Part shown: piece by piece, positions 10,333-20,115 of the stretch | How the letters are laid out: every line of letters starts with the position of its first letter | Position numbering within the stretch: the first letter of the stretch is position 1 | NCBI GenBank assembly: GCA_025058735.1 | Contig: JANXDX010000003.1 | Location: 69,796-133,795 of the forward strand | DNA from: Archaeoglobaceae archaeon | GTDB taxonomy: Archaea > Halobacteriota > Archaeoglobi > Archaeoglobales > Archaeoglobaceae | Direction: 5' to 3' | Length of the DNA stretch: 64,000 nt | Position numbers and translations under genes: made by a program | The notes under the pieces: model-generated | The model's database searches: none | Told to the model about the DNA's origin: nothing | The model's input: the letters and a program-made list of their open reading frames with translations, nothing else

Positions 10333-11523
10333 TCACAGCTGTAACTCTCTTCTGAAAGCTTGAATTCCAGTTATGTACCTCCCTAGGATAAGAGTGTGTA
10401 TATCGTCAGTCCCTTCATAAGTATAAACACTTTCAATGTTCGCCATGTGTCTAATTGGAGAGTAGTCTAAACTTATACCATTTGCTCCAAGTATTTCTCT
10501 AGCAGTTCTGGCACAGAACCTTGCAACTCTAACGTTGTTTCTCTTAGCTAATGAAATCTGTTCTGGAGTAGCTTTTCCCACATCCATCAACCTTCCTAAT
10601 CTCCAAGCTATTAACTGTCCTTTTGTAATTTCAGCTAACATATCTACAAGTTTTGCTTGAATAAGTTGGTAAGCAGCAATTGGAGCTCCGAATTGCCTCC
10701 TCTCTTTCGCATAATTCAATGCAGTCTCATAGCAATCTATTGCTGCACCTATAGCTCCCCAAGCGATTCCAAACCTAGCTTGATCTAGGCAACTTAAAGC
10801 TGTTCTTAGCCCAACAGCGTCTGGTAACCTGTTCTCCTCAGGAACTCTGCAGTTACTCAAGTAAAGTTCTCCAACTCCTCCTGCACGCATCGATCCCTTT
10901 TTTACTATTGCAGCTTGTTTAAATCCTTGCATACCTTTTTCAACTATAAAACCTTTTATTCTTCCGTCGTCAACATCTCTAGCCCAAACTACTGCTATGT
11001 CAGCTATGTCTGCTTCACTGATCCAAGTTTTAGTTCCATTCAGTATCCATCCATCTCCACTTTTCTTTGCAGAAGTTCTCATACTTGCAGGATCACTACC
11101 AACGTCAGGTTCTGTCATTCCAAAACAACCTATTATCTCTCCTCTAGCAAGTTTTGGGAGATATTTCTTTCTTTGTTCTTCACTCCCATATTTCCATATT
11201 GGATACATGACTAAACCGCTCGTAACTGCTACAAAACTCCTTAATGCACTATCAACTCTTTCCACTTCCTGACATATTATGCCAAAAGAGGTGTAATTCA
11301 TTCCCGGACATTCGTACTCCTCAGGTATAAATGTTCCAAGCATACCAATTTTTCCAAATTTCTTACCGATCTCTCTAAAATTTAAAGGTTCCTCTTTATG
11401 CCAAGCTTCAGAAATTAATTGTACAACTTCTTTCTCTAGAAATTCTCTAACTGAATTTCTTATCAATCTTTCCTCTTCTGTCAGTAATTCATCGATACAA
11501 TAGAAATCTGTACTTTTAAACAT
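10333..11523 (-). CDS. Acyl-CoA dehydrogenase, glutaryl-CoA dehydrogenase family
   Basis: GMTEPDVGSDP, KTWISEADIADIAVVWA, ARFGIAWGAIGAA and TYEGTDDIHTLILGRYITGIQAF match the GCDH-type ACAD pattern. Confidence 0.85.
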   Translation of the reverse strand: MFKSTDFYCIDELLTEEERLIRNSVREFLEKEVVQLISEAWHKEEPLNFREIGKKFGKIGMLGTFIPEEYECPGMNYTSFGIICQEVERVDSALRSFVAVTSGLVMYPIWKYGSEEQRKKYLPKLARGEIIGCFGMTEPDVGSDPASMRTSAKKSGDGWILNGTKTWISEADIADIAVVWARDVDDGRIKGFIVEKGMQGFKQAAIVKKGSMRAGGVGELYLSNCRVPEENRLPDAVGLRTALSCLDQARFGIAWGAIGAAIDCYETALNYAKERRQFGAPIAAYQLIQAKLVDMLAEITKGQLIAWRLGRLMDVGKATPEQISLAKRNNVRVARFCARTAREILGANGISLDYSPIRHMANIESVYTYEGTDDIHTLILGRYITGIQAFRRELQL

Positions 11524-11745
11524 ATTTCCACCACTGGTTTATTGTCTTAAAAATTTAAAAGTTTTGGAGATTGAACTAAAAGTGTCTAATTCTAAAAAAT
11601 ATATATTTTATATTTATATTTTAATAATTAAAAATTTAATTTTTCTCGTCGATCAAGTACATAATTTTAAAATGAAATTTTATATTAAAATTTTTAAAAA
11701 ATTAAACACAGATCTTATATCACTTTTTCTTTTTTATCATATCAA

Positions 11746-11817
11746 GCCCCCGTAGGATAGTGGATATTCTTGAGGCCTTCGGAGCCTCAGACCCGGGTTC
11801 GATTCCCGGCGGGGGCG
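11746..11817 (+). tRNA. tRNA-Arg (anticodon UCG)
   Basis: Cloverleaf by hand: acceptor GCCCCCG/CGGGGGC, D arm with GG, anticodon stem GAGGC/GCCTC with loop CTTCGGA (U33, anticodon TCG, G37), T arm CCGGG-TTCGATT-CCCGG, discriminator G. No encoded CCA and no intron. Confidence 0.85.
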
Positions 11818-11926
11818 TTAAAACAATCTTTGCAATAGATCCAAGCTACACCGTTGTGTAAAATACCAGTAATACTGCCAACTTTTTCATATTCTACTTC
11901 TCTTCTGCACCTAACACATACAAACT

Positions 11927-12952
11927 TCACTCCACCACCTCTTCAAAAATTGTAAGGAGAGCAATTACTGTAGCTGGAATTGTATGCTCTGTAGCAAAGG
12001 TTACGTAAGGAGCTAAGTCTAAAACAAAGTCACAGAATTTGAAAACACCTTTCGGAACACCAACTCTACTACCTATAAATATAACTATTTCATCCGCATA
12101 AGTTCCTGATTTCAAAATCTGATCTTTCACATCTAAAATCTGTTTTCCTGTTGGATCTGTTGCTATTAAAACGTTCTTTTTTCTTCTCTTATCTCTAACA
12201 GTTTGATAGAGATCTTGGACAAGAACTGGTACAAGTTTTACTTCTCTAGAATAAGCTTTTCTCTGTATCTCGTACCTTACCCTTTGTCCTTCTCTAACAC
12301 CTTTCAAAAATCTTTCAAGTTCAAACGCATTTATATATCCGAATGGGGATATAATTAGTTCTTTTACTTCAAAAGTTTGAGCGGCTCTACCGATCCTCTC
12401 TCCAATCTCGTACGCAGCTTTCTCATCTTCTAAATAAGGAAGTTGAACTATGCTTATTTTGCTTAAAAGTTTAAGAGAATTGAATTTTTCTGGTCTATAT
12501 TTTTTTCTCTCTCTACTCCCTTCTATTACACCTAAAAAAGCTCTTTCTCCTATTATTTCAACGTATACAGCTTTTTCTGGGAAATCTAGATCAACTTCAG
12601 CATCACTTAGCTTACGAATTTTTTCTCCAAATTTCAAATTCACGTCCAAGCTTGTGAAGTTGTGTTTCCCTCTCCTCTTAGTTCTTACAGCAAAAGTCTT
12701 TGCACCTTTAACAAGTTCAGCAACCTTTTCAGCCAAACTTAAGATTTCTTCAATATCAGCTTTGCACATGAATTGAGCTGGTACAACGCTTTCAATTTCC
12801 GGAACATCTTTTAAAGCTTCTTCGTCTTTTGAATGAACGATCAGAAGGCCTAGAAAACCGTTAGGTCTAACTTCTACTTCTACTCCAAGTTTTTCTTTTA
12901 TATAAGATGCTGCTATATATTCCATCCCTCTCTGAGTTTTAACGATCAACAT
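11927..12952 (-). CDS. THUMP-domain RNA-binding protein with a C-terminal SPOUT-like domain (putative RNA-modification enzyme)
   Basis: The N-terminal half resembles THUMP (…FAVRTKRRGKHNFTSLDVNLKFGEKI…). The C-terminal IATDPTGK…IVIFIGSRVGVPKGVF…DLAP resembles alpha/beta-knot methyltransferases. Overlaps the upstream gene by 7 nt. Confidence 0.45.
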   Translation of the reverse strand: MLIVKTQRGMEYIAASYIKEKLGVEVEVRPNGFLGLLIVHSKDEEALKDVPEIESVVPAQFMCKADIEEILSLAEKVAELVKGAKTFAVRTKRRGKHNFTSLDVNLKFGEKIRKLSDAEVDLDFPEKAVYVEIIGERAFLGVIEGSRERKKYRPEKFNSLKLLSKISIVQLPYLEDEKAAYEIGERIGRAAQTFEVKELIISPFGYINAFELERFLKGVREGQRVRYEIQRKAYSREVKLVPVLVQDLYQTVRDKRRKKNVLIATDPTGKQILDVKDQILKSGTYADEIVIFIGSRVGVPKGVFKFCDFVLDLAPYVTFATEHTIPATVIALLTIFEEVVE

Positions 12953-13845
12953 ACCTCAACTACTGCTCCGAAGTTGTCTGCTGAACACAAGAAGACTTTT
13001 CCTTTTAAGCTTTTTCTCACATCATCGTATTTTTCCAACGCATCCTTTTCAAAGACTAAGCCATAAGCACTAGGGCCCCAAGAACTTTGTCCTACTCCTT
13101 TCAAATCTAAGCTTTTCATAACTTCTATAGCTTCAGCAGTTTTTTGTGAATATACACCTCCTTGTACGTCAGAAAACATCTCTCCAACTGTTTTCTGCAG
13201 TTCTTCAATTGATGATGTAAAAAGATCGAAATCTCTTGAGGCTAAAGATGGTAAAATTTTCATCAAAACTAAAAAACAAGCCCTGTAGGTTAAATTAGGT
13301 TTCGGCTTCAGGTTTTTAAAAGCTTCTTCTTCTTTTTTCCCATGCAGTCCAGCTCCTTCTGGAATTGCAACTATGAACTTCCAATCTTTTGGAAAATTCA
13401 ATCTAGCTATTAAGTTCAAACTTCTCTCAACGACGAAACCTCCAAACTTGTGTGTAAACGTTCCAACTCCAGAAACTTTTCCTCTTCCAAGGATTCTTGA
13501 AAGATCTATTGGATCGAAATTTAAGTTGTAAAGTTTTGAAATAGCTGAAGTTACAGATAAAGCTAGCTGCGTTGAAGAGCCCAAACCAACATGAGCTGGA
13601 GCAGCATTCAAAACTCTTAATTTGTACCCTGTTATTCCTACTTTTTTTGCAAAAGTTTCTGCAAATCTTGCAGCATCTTCAGCTCTAATTCCAGAAACTT
13701 CTTTTTCTTCACTTTTTTCTGCTAAAACTACAGTTCTATATACATCCACTGCAACTCCCAGCGAACCAAACTTTACGCCCTCAACTTCAGCTGGAGCAAA
13801 GATCCCCATGTGTAACCTGGACGGTGATGAAACTCTGACTTTCAT
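12946..13845 (-). CDS. mptG: Beta-ribofuranosylaminobenzene 5'-phosphate (RFAP) synthase-like, GHMP family (methanopterin biosynthesis)
   Basis: SPSRLHMG N-terminus, GLGSSTQLALS and GRGKVSGVGTFTHKFGGFVVE match the RFAP synthase pattern. Confidence 0.65.
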   Translation of the reverse strand: MKVRVSSPSRLHMGIFAPAEVEGVKFGSLGVAVDVYRTVVLAEKSEEKEVSGIRAEDAARFAETFAKKVGITGYKLRVLNAAPAHVGLGSSTQLALSVTSAISKLYNLNFDPIDLSRILGRGKVSGVGTFTHKFGGFVVERSLNLIARLNFPKDWKFIVAIPEGAGLHGKKEEEAFKNLKPKPNLTYRACFLVLMKILPSLASRDFDLFTSSIEELQKTVGEMFSDVQGGVYSQKTAEAIEVMKSLDLKGVGQSSWGPSAYGLVFEKDALEKYDDVRKSLKGKVFLCSADNFGAVVEVC

Positions 13846-13855
13846 ACTACTAAGT

Positions 13856-14392
13856 TTAGATCGGTATTATAAGTCTTAAGTATCCTACAAGTGGAACTCT
13901 GAACTTTGCAACTCCAACGATCCACTCTTCTTTTACAGGATCTATTTTGAAAGCTATCTGATCTGGTACAGGATTCGTAAAGATGTTGTCACCTTGGGTT
14001 ATGTAACCACTACTCCTAGCTCTCTCTCCTGTATAGATCAACTTTCCATCGACCAGAATCGGAATCAGATCACCTTCCCTAACGTAAGCTATTGCTCTGT
14101 GTATTATGAGCTTACCTTTGCCATCAGGTCTGTAAACTATAACGTCTCCGTAGTTTCCAAAAGATACGTAATCTTTTTCTTTTCCTTCTATCCAAGTAGT
14201 TATTCCACCAGTTCTTCCTACTGATACTAGTAAAACTACATCTCCTTTGTTTAAGTTTGGTTCCATACTTCCACTTTCTACAGCTACTAAGAACGGCCAC
14301 GTTCCAGTCGCAACGATGCCTACTGCAGCTACAGCTATAACTAATGCTATTGAGCTTACCAAATCTTTTAAAGTCCGAGTTAACTTAGACAT
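13856..14392 (-). CDS. Signal peptidase I (archaeal Sec11/S26 type)
   Basis: N-terminal TM anchor followed by catalytic ESGSMEPNLNKGD and later HR. The start is placed at the internal ATG at 14392 (MSKLTRTLKD) because the longer ORF to 14437 would overlap the divergent polB start. Confidence 0.8.
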   Translation of the reverse strand: MSKLTRTLKDLVSSIALVIAVAAVGIVATGTWPFLVAVESGSMEPNLNKGDVVLLVSVGRTGGITTWIEGKEKDYVSFGNYGDVIVYRPDGKGKLIIHRAIAYVREGDLIPILVDGKLIYTGERARSSGYITQGDNIFTNPVPDQIAFKIDPVKEEWIVGVAKFRVPLVGYLRLIIPI

Positions 14393-14408
14393 ATCTGGAG
14401 GTTGTCGA

Positions 14409-15815
14409 ATGACAGTTAAAAATATCGATGTTGCCAAGAAGTTTTCGGTTTACGGATACAACGTTCACCCAGAAGCGATAGAAATAATAAAAAAATATCA
14501 AGATCATAGTTATATAGATCTTATTATTAAAGAAAGTTGTAAAATAGCTAAAAACGATTTTCTTATAACTAAAGAGCACGTTTTAAAAGCTATCGAAGAG
14601 ATCAACAGTAAAAAAAGTAGAGAGGATGAAAGGAAGAGAGATGAAGGAAAACAGCAGAAAGAAGAAATTGAAATTTTGAAAGATGTGACTGGGAACTCTT
14701 TTTGTGAAGGGAAACTAGAAGATTTTCTTCAGTACTTTAGATCTAGATACGAAAAAATTTTCAAAGTCTTCACGGAAAGACTTTCTGCAACACCTATAGG
14801 AAAGATCTCTAGGAAAGATTCAGTTACAGTTGTAGGTATTGTAAACGATGTTAGAGAAATTTCAAAAGGTTTCATCTTTGAAATTGAAGATCCAACTGGT
14901 TCGATAACCTGCATAGCTATAGGAAAGGCTGCAGAAACTGCATCAACTTTTTTAGGGGATGAAGTAGTCGCTGTTAGTGGAAATTTGAGAGATAGATCTT
15001 TGATTGTTGACAGAATACTTTTCCCAGATGTTCCAATTCAAAACAACAAAGTTCAAAAGAATTTTAAGATCGCTTTCATTTCCGATACACACTTTGGAAG
15101 TAGGAAGTTTTTAGAAAAGGAGTGGAAAGATTTTGTCGATTGGATAAACAGTACTGAAGAGATAAAGTATCTGATCGTCGCTGGAGACATAGTTGATGGA
15201 GTTGGAATTTATCCAAACCAAGAAAACGAGCTTTCTATAATAAGCATAGGTGAACAGTACGAAGTAGCGGCAGCTCATTTCGATGAAATAAATAAAAAAA
15301 TAAAAATAATAATTTCTACTGGTAATCACGATGCTGTAAGGCAAGCAGAGCCTCAACCAGCATTACCAAAAGAATTTAGAGATTTTTTCCCAAAAAATAC
15401 ATTACATGTTGGTAATCCAAGTTTAGTAAGTTTAGAAGGTGTTAAAGTTTTGATCTACCATGGAAGAAGTTTAGATGATGTAGTTTCAAAGCTCAGTTTG
15501 AACTACGATGAACCTCAAAAAGCTATAGAGGAACTCATAAAAAGAAGACATCTTAGTCCAAAGTACGGAGAAAAATGTCCAATAGCTCCAGAAAGGGAAG
15601 ATTACTTAGTTATAGAGGATGTACCTGATATAATACACTGTGGCCACGTACACACGCACGGCTTGGGATTTTATAGAGGAATTTTTATGGTAAATTCGTC
15701 AACTTGGCAAGCTCAAACGGACTTTCAGAAAAAGATGAACCTCAATCCAAAGCCTGGTATAGTGACAATTTACAGACCTGGAGGAGAATACTACATTAGA
15801 AGTTTTGCACTTTGA
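14409..15815 (+). CDS. polB: DNA polymerase II (PolD) small subunit DP1
   Basis: OB-fold region plus calcineurin-like phosphoesterase motifs FISDTHFGS, GDIVDG, GNHD and GHVH. ATG at 14409 is preceded by GGAGGT. The upstream part of the 522-aa track ORF is antisense to the signal peptidase gene. Confidence 0.85.
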   Translation: MTVKNIDVAKKFSVYGYNVHPEAIEIIKKYQDHSYIDLIIKESCKIAKNDFLITKEHVLKAIEEINSKKSREDERKRDEGKQQKEEIEILKDVTGNSFCEGKLEDFLQYFRSRYEKIFKVFTERLSATPIGKISRKDSVTVVGIVNDVREISKGFIFEIEDPTGSITCIAIGKAAETASTFLGDEVVAVSGNLRDRSLIVDRILFPDVPIQNNKVQKNFKIAFISDTHFGSRKFLEKEWKDFVDWINSTEEIKYLIVAGDIVDGVGIYPNQENELSIISIGEQYEVAAAHFDEINKKIKIIISTGNHDAVRQAEPQPALPKEFRDFFPKNTLHVGNPSLVSLEGVKVLIYHGRSLDDVVSKLSLNYDEPQKAIEELIKRRHLSPKYGEKCPIAPEREDYLVIEDVPDIIHCGHVHTHGLGFYRGIFMVNSSTWQAQTDFQKKMNLNPKPGIVTIYRPGGEYYIRSFAL

Positions 15816-15853
15816 TCAAAAGAACTTATCTTTTTTTGTAGAAAAGATCGAAC

Positions 15854-16576
15854 ATGATCGGTATCATTGGAGGTACTCACATATTAGAACTAAAAATTGA
15901 AGATTTGAAAGAGTTAGAAATTGAGACACCTTTTGGTATTGCAGAAGTAGATCTTGGAAAGATCGAAGGATTCGATGTTGCAGTGATCAGGAGACATGGA
16001 AGGAGAAAAGATAAACCACCACACAAAATTAACCACGCTGCAAACTTCACAGCTTTAAAAAGTTTAGGAGTGAAGTTCGCGATCGGAATGGGTTCCGTTG
16101 GCTGTTTAAAAGAAGATATAGAGATACCAGCTATAATTATTCCACATGACTACATAGATTTTTTCAGCGGAATAACAGTTTTTGATAGGGAATTAGTTCA
16201 CATAACTCCGGGATTTGATGATTATGTAAGAAAAAAGCTTATAGAAGCTGCAAAAAGAAATTCAATTTTTCCTGTAATAGAAAATGGAATTTATTTCCAA
16301 ACTCGTGGTCCAAGGCTTGAAACAAAGGCTGAAATATCTATGATCAAAAATTTTGCCGACTGCGTAGGAATGACTGCTGGAAGTGAAGCTACAGTAGCTA
16401 AAGAACTTGGAATAAAGTACGCTGTTTTATGTACAATGGACAACTATGCACACGGAATAAGAGGAGTTGAAGTTGATTACAGAGAAATTGTAGAGAAAGC
16501 TAAGAAAAATGCTGAAATTTGCTTAAAAATAATCAAAGAGGCGATCAAATTGATATGGAAAGAAAATTACAGTTAA
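15854..16576 (+). CDS. MTAP-family purine/5'-methylthio-nucleoside phosphorylase
   Basis: IGIIGGT N-terminus, RHGR..KPPHKINHAAN, QTRGPRLETKAE and CVGMTAGSEA resemble the MTA phosphorylase/PNP family. Confidence 0.7.
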   Translation: MIGIIGGTHILELKIEDLKELEIETPFGIAEVDLGKIEGFDVAVIRRHGRRKDKPPHKINHAANFTALKSLGVKFAIGMGSVGCLKEDIEIPAIIIPHDYIDFFSGITVFDRELVHITPGFDDYVRKKLIEAAKRNSIFPVIENGIYFQTRGPRLETKAEISMIKNFADCVGMTAGSEATVAKELGIKYAVLCTMDNYAHGIRGVEVDYREIVEKAKKNAEICLKIIKEAIKLIWKENYS

Positions 16577-16598
16577 ATTTGTAGATACATTTGAATAA

Positions 16599-16611
16599 GC
16601 TTTTATATTTT
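16599..16611 (+). promoter_or_regulatory. TATA-box-like element upstream of sdhA (possibly a leaderless transcript)
   Basis: gcTTTTATATTTT is centred about 24 nt upstream of the sdhA GTG, and no Shine-Dalgarno lies between them. Inference only. Confidence 0.3.
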
Positions 16612-16628
16612 GAATTTTAACACAGTAT

Positions 16629-18326
16629 GTGAAGCTCAGCTACGATGTAATAGTAGTTGGTGCAGGATTGGCTGGAATGAGGGCAGCTATAGCAGCTGCT
16701 GAAAAGAGTAAAAATATATCAATAGCTGTTATATCTAAAACTTATCCAATAAGATGTCACAGTGTTTGTGCTGAAGGTGGAACTGCTGCTGTTTTGAGAG
16801 AAGACGATAGTTACGATCTTCATGCATGGGATACAGTAAAAGGTTCTGATTTTTTAGCAGATCAAGATGCTGTAGAATTTTTTGTTAGAGAATGTCCAAA
16901 AGAAATACTTTTACTTGAAAATTGGGGATGTCCTTGGAGTAGAACAAAAGATGGAAAGATTGCTCAAAGAGCTTTCGGAGGACATAGTGTGAATAGAACT
17001 GTTTTTGCTGCAGATAGGACTGGATTTCACGAAGTTCACACTCTTTATGAGAGATTGCTGATCTATGAGAACGTAGATATTTTGCCCGAGATCTTTTTGA
17101 CAAATCTTTTCATTGAAAACAAAACCATAAAAGGAATTGCTGCAATTGAGCTAAAAACCGGAGAACTTTTAGCTTTTAATGCTAAATCTGTCATCTTAGC
17201 TACGGGTGGAGCTGGAAGAATTTACGGTTTTACAACCTACAGTCATCAAGTTACTGGAGATGGTATAGCTGTAGCTTATCGCTGTGGAATTCCACTTAAA
17301 GACATGGAATTCATACAATTCCATCCAACTGGGCTTGTTCCATCTGGAATACTGATGACTGAGGCTTGCAGGGGTGAAGGTGGCTATTTGATAAACAAGT
17401 ACGAAGACAGGTTTATGAAAAAGTATGCTCCAGAGAAGATGGAAGTTGCACCAAGAGATATTGTTTCTAGAGCTATGTGGACTGAGATCGTTGAAGGTAG
17501 AGCTTTTGAAGGTGAGTACGGCCCATATATAGGCTTAGACTTGAGACATCTGGGAGAAGAAAAAATAGAAGAAAGGTTGCCAATGATCAGAGAAGCAGCC
17601 ATAAAGTTTGCGGGTATAGACCCTGTTGAAGAAATAATTCCTGTAAAGCCCGCAGCTCATTATACAATGGGTGGAATTCATACCAATATTAAAACCGAAA
17701 CCCCAATAGCTGGACTTTTTGCGGCAGGAGAATGTGCTTGTGTAAGTATACATGGAGCAAATAGACTTGGAAGTAATTCGACGATCGAATGTTTAGTTTT
17801 TGGAAAAGTAGCTGGAGAGATGGCAGCTGAATATGCTCTTTCAAAAAATCTAAAACAAATAAGTACAAAGGAAGTTGAGGCTGAAAGTAAAAGGATCTTT
17901 GATGATATTCTTGGAAAAAGTGGAGATGAGAATCCCTATCAAATAAAAAAAGAGTTGAACGAAACGATGGACAAAAACCTTTGGATATTTAGAGAAGGAA
18001 ATGGGTTAAGGGAGACGGTAAAAAAGATTAGAGAATTGAAAGAAAAATATAAAAATATTGAAATAAAAGATAACAGGAAAGGGATCAATACAGACTTGCT
18101 TTGGGCTTTAGAAGTTGGTTACATGCTAGATGTTGCAGAAGTTGTAGCAACTGCAGCCTTCCTCAGAACTGAAAGCAGAGGAGCTCATTATAGATTAGAT
18201 CATCCTAAAAGAGATGATTTGAACTGGCTAAAGCATAGCTTAGCTTACTTCACGAAGGATGGGCCAAGATTTGATTATATACCAGTAACAATAACAAAAT
18301 GGCCACCTACTGAAAGAAAGTATTGA
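16629..18326 (+). CDS. sdhA: Succinate dehydrogenase/fumarate reductase flavoprotein subunit
   Basis: FAD fold VIVVGAGLAGMRAA, HPTG, and active-site SRGAHYRLDHP. GTG start. Confidence 0.9.
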   Translation: MKLSYDVIVVGAGLAGMRAAIAAAEKSKNISIAVISKTYPIRCHSVCAEGGTAAVLREDDSYDLHAWDTVKGSDFLADQDAVEFFVRECPKEILLLENWGCPWSRTKDGKIAQRAFGGHSVNRTVFAADRTGFHEVHTLYERLLIYENVDILPEIFLTNLFIENKTIKGIAAIELKTGELLAFNAKSVILATGGAGRIYGFTTYSHQVTGDGIAVAYRCGIPLKDMEFIQFHPTGLVPSGILMTEACRGEGGYLINKYEDRFMKKYAPEKMEVAPRDIVSRAMWTEIVEGRAFEGEYGPYIGLDLRHLGEEKIEERLPMIREAAIKFAGIDPVEEIIPVKPAAHYTMGGIHTNIKTETPIAGLFAAGECACVSIHGANRLGSNSTIECLVFGKVAGEMAAEYALSKNLKQISTKEVEAESKRIFDDILGKSGDENPYQIKKELNETMDKNLWIFREGNGLRETVKKIRELKEKYKNIEIKDNRKGINTDLLWALEVGYMLDVAEVVATAAFLRTESRGAHYRLDHPKRDDLNWLKHSLAYFTKDGPRFDYIPVTITKWPPTERKY

Positions 18327-18335
18327 GGTGGTCGA

Positions 18336-19040
18336 ATGATCTTTAAGATAAAAAGGTTTGATGGAAAAAATTTTTACTTTCAAGATTTCGAGGTTCCTGT
18401 TAAAAAAGGTTTAACAGTTTTAGATTGTCTTTTTTACATAAGAGACTGTATAGATTCAAGTTTGTCTTTTAGAATGTCCTGCAGGATGGGTATATGTGGG
18501 AGTTGTGCTGTAAGGATAAATGGAAAACCCGCACTTGCATGCGAAACTCAAGTTGTGAACTTGAAAGAACCTGTAAAAATTGAACCCCTCGACAACTTCA
18601 AGGTTTTAAAAGATCTAGTTGTCGAGTTTGATGACTTCTTTTTAAAACACAAAGCGGTCAAACCTTACATTATAAGAAATGACTTAAACTATAAAAATCC
18701 AGTAGAATTTATACAGAAACCTGAAGAGCTTAAGAAGTACTATGATTTTTCTCTTTGCATTAAATGTGGTGCTTGCTACTCTGTCTGTCCTGCAGCAGCT
18801 ACAAACGAAAAATACTTAGGTCCAGCGGCTTTAGTAGCAGCTTATAGATTTGTAGCTGATAGTAGAGATAGAGGAGCTAGAGAGAGGCTTGAAATTGTAA
18901 TGGATGACCACTGTTTATGGCGCTGTCATTCGGCAATGGCTTGCAGTGAAGTTTGTCCAAAGAAAATTGAACCTGCAAAAGCAATTCAGCTTTTGAGGAG
19001 AAAAACTGTTTTAGAGGCAATAAGGAGGTTGATACCATGA
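18336..19040 (+). CDS. sdhB: Succinate dehydrogenase/fumarate reductase iron-sulfur subunit
   Basis: Three cluster motifs: CRMGICGSCAV, CIKCGACYSVCP and CHSAMACSEVCPK. Confidence 0.9.
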   Translation: MIFKIKRFDGKNFYFQDFEVPVKKGLTVLDCLFYIRDCIDSSLSFRMSCRMGICGSCAVRINGKPALACETQVVNLKEPVKIEPLDNFKVLKDLVVEFDDFFLKHKAVKPYIIRNDLNYKNPVEFIQKPEELKKYYDFSLCIKCGACYSVCPAAATNEKYLGPAALVAAYRFVADSRDRGARERLEIVMDDHCLWRCHSAMACSEVCPKKIEPAKAIQLLRRKTVLEAIRRLIP

Positions 19041-19384
19041 TCATAAAATGGTTCAAGCCCGTAAGTATTTATGATCTAGCTTTCTCTCTTCAAAGACTCA
19101 CAGGAATAATTTTAGCTTTTTACTTGTGTCTCCATTTAGCTTACCTTTCAACTCTTAGTAATCCAAAACTTTACGAAAGTTTAATTGAAATTACAGTCTC
19201 TCCAGAGTTTTTATATTTAGATGCAGTACTTTTCTTGGCAGGGATCTATCATGGAGTTAACGGATTCAGAATAATAATCCACGAACTTGGATATCTACAC
19301 AAACACAGGATGGAAATGTTGATCTTTACAGTTGTTTTAACGTTTTTAGTTTGGATCTTTTCACTCTATATGGTGATACTATGA
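19037..19384 (+). CDS. sdhC: Succinate dehydrogenase membrane anchor (cytochrome b-type) subunit C
   Basis: About 115 aa with 3 hydrophobic helices and conserved-looking His residues. ATGA overlap with sdhB. Confidence 0.6.
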   Translation: MIIKWFKPVSIYDLAFSLQRLTGIILAFYLCLHLAYLSTLSNPKLYESLIEITVSPEFLYLDAVLFLAGIYHGVNGFRIIIHELGYLHKHRMEMLIFTVVLTFLVWIFSLYMVIL

Positions 19385-19713
19385 GTGCCAGGAAAGTTTT
19401 GGAACCAATAGCTTGGCTTTTGCAGGTTTCAACAGGACTTCTAATGATCTTTTTAGTAACTTTCCACTTCCTAATTACACATACGCATGAAGAGGCTTTG
19501 AAATTTGAAGAAGTTGTAAAAAGGTTTGAAGTCTACAAAGCTTTCTATATTTTGTTACTTTTAGCAGTAGTTTTTCATGCTTTCAACGGCTTAAGAGCAA
19601 TTCTACTAGACACGAACTTCGGTGTTTATAGAAAAAGACTTGTAAATTCTTTTGTTACAATCGTAGCGATCTTGGCTTTGTTGTCCGGGCTTTACATAAT
19701 TTATATAATTTAA
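19381..19713 (+). CDS. sdhD: Succinate dehydrogenase membrane anchor subunit D
   Basis: About 110 aa with 3 hydrophobic helices. ATG at 19381 overlaps the sdhC stop (ATGA), so the longer track ORF start at 19351 is unlikely. Confidence 0.55.
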   Translation: MSARKVLEPIAWLLQVSTGLLMIFLVTFHFLITHTHEEALKFEEVVKRFEVYKAFYILLLLAVVFHAFNGLRAILLDTNFGVYRKRLVNSFVTIVAILALLSGLYIIYII

Positions 19714-19743
19714 AATTTTTAAAAAATATTAGAAAAGCTTAAA

Positions 19744-20115
19744 TTATTTTATTACTATATTTTTTCTGTTCTCCCAAACACCGTGCAGATTGCAGTAAGC
19801 TAAAACGTAAATTTTTCCACTCTTTTGAATCTTCATTTTGAATGTAGCTTCTTGTTCAGATATTTCAGGAACTAACTCTGCTCTAGCAACAAATATTGGA
19901 TTGAAATCTCTACCATCTTCATAGAAATATAGTTCTATCCATCTAAAAGAGTGTTGAACGGTGTTCGGATGGTTGACTATTTTTATCTTTACTTCAAACG
20001 GTTCTCCAGCTCTTACAGAATCGGGAGCCTCGATCTTTGGTATATGATTTTCTTTTTTAGAGACTGCTAGTCCAGCCGATACTTCTGGTGTGTATATTGT
20101 TTCACCGAACTTCAT
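19744..20115 (-). CDS. sor: Superoxide reductase (neelaredoxin-type, single domain)
   Basis: ENHIPKIE, HPNTVQHSFRWIELYF and YCNLHGVWE supply the His4Cys iron-site pattern. ATG at 20115 has GGTGA 5 nt upstream, whereas the track start at 20151 is TTG. Confidence 0.8.
   Translation of the reverse strand: MKFGETIYTPEVSAGLAVSKKENHIPKIEAPDSVRAGEPFEVKIKIVNHPNTVQHSFRWIELYFYEDGRDFNPIFVARAELVPEISEQEATFKMKIQKSGKIYVLAYCNLHGVWENRKNIVIK

Noticed and set aside
11564-11755. 63-aa ORF in the spacer upstream of tRNA-Arg(UCG)
   Set aside because: The translation is extremely AT-rich and low-complexity (Ile/Lys/Phe/Asn), it runs into the tRNA gene, and the region is better explained as divergent promoter DNA.
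11746-11817. Reading this tRNA as tRNA-Glu (UUC)
   Set aside because: That parse needs a 9-nt anticodon loop. The standard 5-bp stem with a 7-nt loop (CTTCGGA), U33 and G37 gives anticodon UCG (Arg). The architecture also mirrors the tRNA-Arg(CCG) at 47326.
14247-14408. N-terminal 54-codon extension of the PolD small-subunit ORF in the track
   Set aside because: It is antisense to the signal peptidase gene and lacks similarity to DP1. The ATG at 14409 has a GGAGGT Shine-Dalgarno and begins a DP1-like sequence.
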